DNA of 64,000 nt from an uncultured Pseudomonadota bacterium (GTDB lineage: Bacteria; Pseudomonadota; Alphaproteobacteria; RF32; CAG-239). The notes below the pieces were generated by a model, which made no database searches, had not been told where the DNA came from, and saw nothing but the letters and a program-made list of their open reading frames with translations. Shown here piece by piece: positions 58,587-64,000 of the stretch. Position 1 is the stretch's first letter; the number at the start of each line of letters is the position of its first letter. Where the stretch lies: the NCBI GenBank assembly GCA_902788365.1, contig CADAJN010000008.1:2331-66330 (forward strand), read 5' to 3'. Made by a program: the position numbers and the translations under genes.

Positions 58587-59483
58587 ATGTCGGAAATCAC
58601 CACTGTCTTGACTGAGTTTTCAAAAACTTTCAATACCTATTTGGAACAGTGTTTTCCGTTGCCGCAAGGCGCTGAAAAACGCGTTATAGAAGCCATGAAA
58701 TATTCGGTTATGAACGGCGGTAAACGCCTGCGTCCTTTTTTGATGTGTGAATGTGCAGCCCTGTTCGGCGTAAAACATGACGTTTCTTTTCCGGCAGCGG
58801 CGGCTTTGGAAATGCTCCACTCTTATTCGCTGATTCATGACGACTTACCCGCCATGGATAACGACGACCTGCGCCGTGGCAAACCGACTTGCCACAAACA
58901 ATTTGACGAAGCAACAGCCATTTTAGCCGGCGACGGTTTACTTACTTATGCTTTTCAATTTCTATCCAATGCCTTGGAAATTCGTCCGGAAATCCGCCTG
59001 ACATTGGTGCAATTATTGTCTGATGCAGCCGGCGCTTTCGGCGGCATGGTGGCCGGACAAACGCTTGATTTATATGCCACGCCGACCGGCAATAAAGCCG
59101 CTGATGAAGATATTATCGCCCGCTTGGAAGCGATGAAAACCGGTCGTCTGCTGCGCTATGCCGTTGAAGCCGGCGCCGTTTTAGGACAAGCTCCGCTTGA
59201 CGTGCGACAAACGCTGGTTAAATATTCGCGCTTAATCGGACAGGCCTTTCAAATTGCCGATGACATTCTGGACCGCGAAGGCGAACAGCACATTGTCGGC
59301 AAAACCCTGCATAAAGACGATTCTCAAAACAAATTTACCTATGTGGCATATTACGGCATTGAGCCGGCACGGCAAAAGGCGCAAGATTTAATTAAATCAG
59401 CGATTGCCGAACTGCAAACCTTTGGTCCTGAAGCTGATAATTTGCGCGCTCTGGCTCAATACATCATTGACCGCAAATATTAA
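58587..59483 (+). CDS. ispA: Farnesyl diphosphate synthase
   Basis: GGKRLRP, YSLIHDDLPAMDNDDLRRGKPT, GQTLD, KTG, FQIADDILD; start at ATG 58587. Confidence 0.96.
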   Translation: MSEITTVLTEFSKTFNTYLEQCFPLPQGAEKRVIEAMKYSVMNGGKRLRPFLMCECAALFGVKHDVSFPAAAALEMLHSYSLIHDDLPAMDNDDLRRGKPTCHKQFDEATAILAGDGLLTYAFQFLSNALEIRPEIRLTLVQLLSDAAGAFGGMVAGQTLDLYATPTGNKAADEDIIARLEAMKTGRLLRYAVEAGAVLGQAPLDVRQTLVKYSRLIGQAFQIADDILDREGEQHIVGKTLHKDDSQNKFTYVAYYGIEPARQKAQDLIKSAIAELQTFGPEADNLRALAQYIIDRKY

Positions 59484-59618
59484 TTTTTCATACAGCTCTT
59501 TTATTAAAACCGCCCGCCATAACAGCGGGCGGCGCCGTTCGCGGTCTTTGACCAAAGGCAGCTAACTCTGCCTTCCGGTCGCCTTGTTGCAGCGATTATT
59601 TTCAGTTTTTCGCCACAA

Positions 59619-59802
59619 CAAAAAAGCCGTCTTTTCAAAAGACAGCTGGAGATTGAAAGCTATTCACACGAGATAGTGCGGTATATTCACCGCAACGGTT
59701 TATTCTACCGCTCTCCAGCCAACGCTGAAAAGCTAGTAAAGTTCGTCTTTACTGACGCGTGTGAGAAGGCTTTCAAACCTCCGAGCGCATCTCTGCGCCT
59801 CG
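59619..59802 (-). ncRNA. P4 CI / C4-like antisense RNA cassette with upstream target site and terminator
   Basis: Minus strand: GCTGGAGA[GCGGT..ACCGT][TGCGGT..ACCGCA][CTAT-CTCGTGTGA-ATAG]CTTTCAA-TCTCCAGC; upstream TTGAAAGC and TCACACG are complementary; GCTGTCTTTT GAAAAGACGGC-T6. Confidence 0.6.
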
Positions 59803-59939
59803 TTATTTTATAAAACATTTTTATGCCCTTGTCCAGCAAAAAACACCGCTCTGACTTAAATTAAGCAGTTGCAAAAGTCAATAAAGCGTGATATACTGAA
59901 TACATAAAAGCAACATTATAATTATGCCGGAGGTGTGCC

Positions 59940-60422
59940 ATGACTGAAATGAAAAAAACAGCAGTGCAACAGTTTGATGAAAAATTGGCCGCATGCAACG
60001 ACAAAGATGCGCTTTTAGTATTAGCGCGCGATTCCATTCGGATTTCAGATTCGCAATGTGGTTTAGATGAAAGACGCCTGCCCCGACAAAAAGCCATCTT
60101 AGATTTAGCTCTGCGCATTGTGGAACTCGGCCGTCTAAAAGGCAAAATCAATACCAACGGTAAACTGGCTCTGATTATGAAAAAATACGGCGACCTCAAA
60201 CTTGGTTCGCCCGAGCATTTTCACAGCGATTTTAAAAAGACTTTTCCGGAAGAATATCAACAAATCGGTGCCGAAAAACGCAAAGAGCGTATGCGCGCCA
60301 AACTAAAAACCGAAAGTCAGGCCGCTCTGCAAAAACCGACCGTCAATGCACCGCAAACGGCAACGCCGCGCAAGCCGAATTTGCAAATGATGGCGCGCAG
60401 CCGCAGCGCATTGTATCAATAA
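59940..60422 (+). CDS. Basic hypothetical protein
   Basis: GGAGG RBS, 160-aa ORF, R-rich tail. Confidence 0.75.
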   Translation: MTEMKKTAVQQFDEKLAACNDKDALLVLARDSIRISDSQCGLDERRLPRQKAILDLALRIVELGRLKGKINTNGKLALIMKKYGDLKLGSPEHFHSDFKKTFPEEYQQIGAEKRKERMRAKLKTESQAALQKPTVNAPQTATPRKPNLQMMARSRSALYQ

Positions 60423-60442
60423 AATATTTTACCTGATTGTCC

Positions 60443-61438
60443 TTAAATGCCCTCAGCTTTATATGGCCGTGACAGCAATCCGTGCATGGCATCTTCCAAT
60501 GACACGCCGTTAAACAACAACTGATAGACCATAGCACAAATCGGCATTTCAACTCCCAACGCGCGTGCCCGTTTTTCCACCGCACGCGCCGTATAAATAC
60601 CTTCTACCGTGCGCGTATTTTCCGCCACCAATTTTTGCGCCGAACCACTGACACCAACCTCATAACCAAAGCTGAAATTACGCGATTGCGAGCAATTTGC
60701 CGTCAGCACCAAATCACCCATGCCGCACATTCCCATCATGGTTTGCAAATCGCCGCCCAACGCCTTGGAAAAACGCGCCATTTCGTGAAATCCGCGTGTA
60801 ATCAACGCCGCTCGCGCCCCATCGCCAAGCGCCGCTCCTTCCACAATGCCGGAAGCAATCGCAATCACATTTTTTATACTTCCGCCCACTTGCGGTGAAA
60901 TCATATCGGTGGTCAAATATGGTCTGAAATATGTTGTGCCGAGCATCTGTGTTAATCTTTCGGCAATGCTTTTATCTTGGCAGGCAATCGTCACCGAAGC
61001 GATTTTGCGGCGCGCCACATCAATTGCAAACCCCGGCCCCGACAGCACGGCGATTGTTGTATCCGGAATCTCCTCAGCGGCAATTTCCGATAACATTTTG
61101 CCGGTTGTCTGCTCAATGCCTTTGGCGCATAAAACCAAAATTGTTTCTTTTTTCACATACGGCTTAATTTGTTTCATTGTATCACGCGTCCACTGCGCCG
61201 AAACTGTCAGCAATACTACATCTGAAAACTCAAAAACCTCAGCCACATTTGCGGTTGCCTTAATTTTATCGCAAAGCGGAATATCCGGCAAAAAGCGCTT
61301 ATTAACATGGGCATAGTTAATTGATTCCACCACATCTTCTTCACGCGCCCAGCACAAAACTTCATTTTCGGCGCGACTGGCCGTAAGTGCCAACGCCGTT
61401 CCCCAAATACCTGTGCCGACAATTCCGATTCTTTTCAT
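60443..61438 (-). CDS. gpsA: NAD(P)H-dependent glycerol-3-phosphate dehydrogenase
   Basis: GTGIWGTALA, KGIE, LSGP.FA, KNVIAIASG, GMGDLVLT, SRN, EG. Confidence 0.96.
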   Translation of the reverse strand: MKRIGIVGTGIWGTALALTASRAENEVLCWAREEDVVESINYAHVNKRFLPDIPLCDKIKATANVAEVFEFSDVVLLTVSAQWTRDTMKQIKPYVKKETILVLCAKGIEQTTGKMLSEIAAEEIPDTTIAVLSGPGFAIDVARRKIASVTIACQDKSIAERLTQMLGTTYFRPYLTTDMISPQVGGSIKNVIAIASGIVEGAALGDGARAALITRGFHEMARFSKALGGDLQTMMGMCGMGDLVLTANCSQSRNFSFGYEVGVSGSAQKLVAENTRTVEGIYTARAVEKRARALGVEMPICAMVYQLLFNGVSLEDAMHGLLSRPYKAEGI

Positions 61439-61526
61439 TTCAAAACTCCATAAACGTTTATTTTACAGATTTTAATCGGCTCACCTGATAATTGCAAGAT
61501 ATTATATAAAAACTGTTCACATCTGA

Positions 61527-63038
61527 TTATTCATATACTGTGGCAGCGCGCTGTCGGCCTTGCTTTTTGGCCGGCTCTGCCGATTTTTCGGTTTTCGCCC
61601 CTTCGGCAATATGCTGCGCCACTTTAGACTTTGCAATGGCTGTCAATATTTCCGTATACGATACGCTATCATCGGATAAATTATATTTTTCAACCATTTT
61701 TTCATCAACACAAACCTCATCTCCGACTGTTTCCGGACCATTTTCAAGTGACTCCAGTTCATTATTATAGCACCATAACACGCCGTTAATTTTCTTAGAT
61801 ATCCCGTTCCAATTTTTAATTCGGTTATTATAACAATAATATCCTCCGCCGACTTCTTTAGGCGATCCCTCCAATGACCGAATATTATTATAGCCGATAC
61901 TAAAATCGCCTTTAACGATAATATGTTTCATGTTAGGAATTTTTTTCAAACCTAAAGCTTCCATATATAAATCACCTTCAATAACGGAAATATTTTTGAA
62001 GTCCGGCCATTCAAATTGTCCGGAATCGGCAAAATTAATATTCAAATCCCCGTTGATAACAAAATCTGCATGTGGTAAATTAAAAATGTCATAATATTCG
62101 CCGTCTTGCTGCAACAAACCCACATACATTTGATCTTTTTTGATTTTAAACTGTTTTGCCTTGATAAATTCCTGCACATATGCACGATCTTCTTTACACA
62201 ACAATTTATTGTGCGCACCTTTACACTGTATTACGGCTTTATTTTTAATTTCCAAAGTAGCATGCGGTTCGCCTTGCGCATCACGCAACGAATAAATTTT
62301 TATTTTTCCGTTTTGAACACCCTGATCATACTCTCCTTGACCAACACAATGCCCCATACGTTCACTTTCAAAATCAAGTGCATCCGAAGTTTTTAATTGC
62401 ATAATTTTCCAACCGTCGCCAAAATCCATTACCTCTTTGCAGCCCCGCAGAGACTTTTGCAAACTCCGGCTATTTGCCTTTTGATGTTGCGTTTTTTGCG
62501 CCATAATATTATGCCATGTCTCGGCCGCGGTAACCGCCTTATCAAAAGAATCATACGCTTCTTGCGTTTTCAAAAAATCCATACGAATACGAGGCGCAAT
62601 TTTTTGATTATTGTTGATTTGTGAGTCATTTCCGCGTGCCAAAACATCGTTAATATAATGCTCTGCTTTGGCATATAAAAAATCGCGCACCATGGTAATT
62701 TTTTCGGTCAATTTCGCCGGAACTTTTACGGCCTTAAAACGATGCACGGCTTTACCCTCAACCAAACATTGTTGTGCCCACTTTGGCAAATCCGGCTCAT
62801 CCGATTTAACCTCTGTCAAAAAACGCCGATGTTCAGGTTTATCTTGCAACAAATGCGAACGCAACCGATGTTTTACATATTGCATCAACATCGCCCGCAC
62901 AATGGCATCTTTATTATTTTCTACAAAATCAATATCCTTAAACTGCCCACTGCTGAAATTTTCAGGTTTCTCACCATGATAAACAATATCCGCTAAATAT
63001 TGATTCAAATCTTTTTCATTGATTAAATTGACCGACAT
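61527..63038 (-). CDS. PcfJ-like domain protein with LRR-like repeats
   Basis: WH...L...L..E...MGHCVG..Y......IYSLRD..G.PHATLE....Q.KG..N; SLEGSPKEVGG.Y.C.NN repeats. Confidence 0.75.
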   Translation of the reverse strand: MSVNLINEKDLNQYLADIVYHGEKPENFSSGQFKDIDFVENNKDAIVRAMLMQYVKHRLRSHLLQDKPEHRRFLTEVKSDEPDLPKWAQQCLVEGKAVHRFKAVKVPAKLTEKITMVRDFLYAKAEHYINDVLARGNDSQINNNQKIAPRIRMDFLKTQEAYDSFDKAVTAAETWHNIMAQKTQHQKANSRSLQKSLRGCKEVMDFGDGWKIMQLKTSDALDFESERMGHCVGQGEYDQGVQNGKIKIYSLRDAQGEPHATLEIKNKAVIQCKGAHNKLLCKEDRAYVQEFIKAKQFKIKKDQMYVGLLQQDGEYYDIFNLPHADFVINGDLNINFADSGQFEWPDFKNISVIEGDLYMEALGLKKIPNMKHIIVKGDFSIGYNNIRSLEGSPKEVGGGYYCYNNRIKNWNGISKKINGVLWCYNNELESLENGPETVGDEVCVDEKMVEKYNLSDDSVSYTEILTAIAKSKVAQHIAEGAKTEKSAEPAKKQGRQRAATVYE

Positions 63039-63187
63039 TTGATTTCTCCCGAATTTTGCAACAAGAATAGCAAATTTTTACTCTTTTGTCAAATTCAAAT
63101 AGCACGGCAAAATACGTAATATATTTTCCGCTTGCAATCAACCGCAATTTATTTTATTTCTGAAACAAAGAAACGAAAGATTTGGCT

Positions 63188-63919
63188 ATGATTACTCAAT
63201 TTGCACGCACCGAACTTCTTTTGGGCACCGCGGCTTTAAAAAAGCTCGGCCATGCCCGCGTTGCGGTTTTCGGCCTTGGCGGTGTCGGTGGCTATGTGGT
63301 TGAAGCCTTATCGCGCTGTGGCGTCGGTGCGCTTGATTTAATTGACAGTGACCGAATCAGCCTGACCAATCTCAATCGCCAAATTTTGGCCACCCACCAA
63401 ACCATCGGTCAACCTAAAGTTGACGTGGCAGCTGAGCGCGTTTTAGCGATTAACCCGAATTGCCGCATTACCAAATACCAAACTTTTTACCTGCCGCAAA
63501 ACGATAGCGAATTTGATTTTTCGCAATACGATTATGTGGTTGATGCCATAGATACCGTCACCGGCAAAATCGGTTTAATTATGGCGGCAAAAGCCGCCGG
63601 CGTGCCGATTATTTCCGCCATGGGCACCGGCAATAAACTCAATCCGGCCGCTTTTGAAGTTGCCGATATTTACCAAACCTCCGTATGCCCCTTGGCGCAT
63701 GTTATGCGCAAAGAACTGCGTCGCCGCGGTATTGAACATCTTAAAGTTGTTTATTCCAAAGAAAAACCACTGAAGCAAAATGTAACCGAGCCCGAGCCGC
63801 AAGCAACCGATTCGCAGTCCCCGCGTAAAAGTATTCCGGCATCAGCACCTTTTGTGCCGCCGGTTGCCGGATTCATTATTGCCGGCGAAGTTGTTAAAGA
63901 TTTAATTAACACTGATTAA
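63188..63919 (+). CDS. tcdA: tRNA threonylcarbamoyladenosine dehydratase
   Basis: RTELLLG, GLGGVG, TNLNRQ, VDAID, SAMGTGNK, CPLA..MRKELR, VVYSKE, FVP. Confidence 0.93.
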   Translation: MITQFARTELLLGTAALKKLGHARVAVFGLGGVGGYVVEALSRCGVGALDLIDSDRISLTNLNRQILATHQTIGQPKVDVAAERVLAINPNCRITKYQTFYLPQNDSEFDFSQYDYVVDAIDTVTGKIGLIMAAKAAGVPIISAMGTGNKLNPAAFEVADIYQTSVCPLAHVMRKELRRRGIEHLKVVYSKEKPLKQNVTEPEPQATDSQSPRKSIPASAPFVPPVAGFIIAGEVVKDLINTD

Positions 63920-63939
63920 ATTAGACTTTTTAAAACCGC

Positions 63940-63972
63940 AAAGAGCTTGAGATGTTTTTCTCAAGCTCTTTT
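63940..63972 (+). terminator. Intrinsic terminator
   Basis: AAAGAGCTTGAGA...TCTCAAGCTCTTTT. Confidence 0.8.
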
Positions 63973-64000
63973 ACTTAATCCACCGGCACAAACGGATTTT

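Noticed and set aside
12884-63038. Prophage (bor, XRE HTH, C4-like RNAs, PcfJ-like gene)
   Set aside because: The pieces are scattered among housekeeping genes; no capsid, terminase, tail or integrase genes.

Overview
Bacterial chromosomal window, most likely from an alphaproteobacterium: it has a circularly permuted two-piece tmRNA followed by an alpha-type sspB, plus YbjN and RHH_4 genes. Gene style suggests an uncultured gut Rhodospirillales/RF32-like lineage, but that placement is inference. Housekeeping genes (opgG, cysK, gmk, lptG, queA, lgt, trkH, metG, xseB-ispA, gpsA, tcdA, tRNA-Ser) are interleaved with accessory DNA. The most notable structure is 29.6-35.5 kb, an AT-rich glycosylation island integrated at tRNA-Ser(CGA). 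It is inserted into the outermost of three tRNA-3'-end mimic repeats that carry a 76-nt insert in the T-loop. The island encodes a Bacteroides Mpi-like serine invertase next to two inverted, hix-like dyad sites (AA/TT cores, about 141 bp apart) directly upstream of a glycosyltransferase operon, which is a candidate phase-variation switch. Other highlights: a 987-aa protein with repeated VgrG3-like lysozyme domains (one intact, others degenerate); several orphan proteins with basic C-terminal tails; a giant PilV-like pilin adhesin; a Pmp-like autotransporter; two orphan phage C4/CI-type antisense RNA cassettes; many nested REP/RPE-like repeat clusters, one pair flanking a foreign-looking gene; and an in-frame deletion of a conserved motif in opgG. 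All family assignments come from motif recognition by eye; no searches were run.
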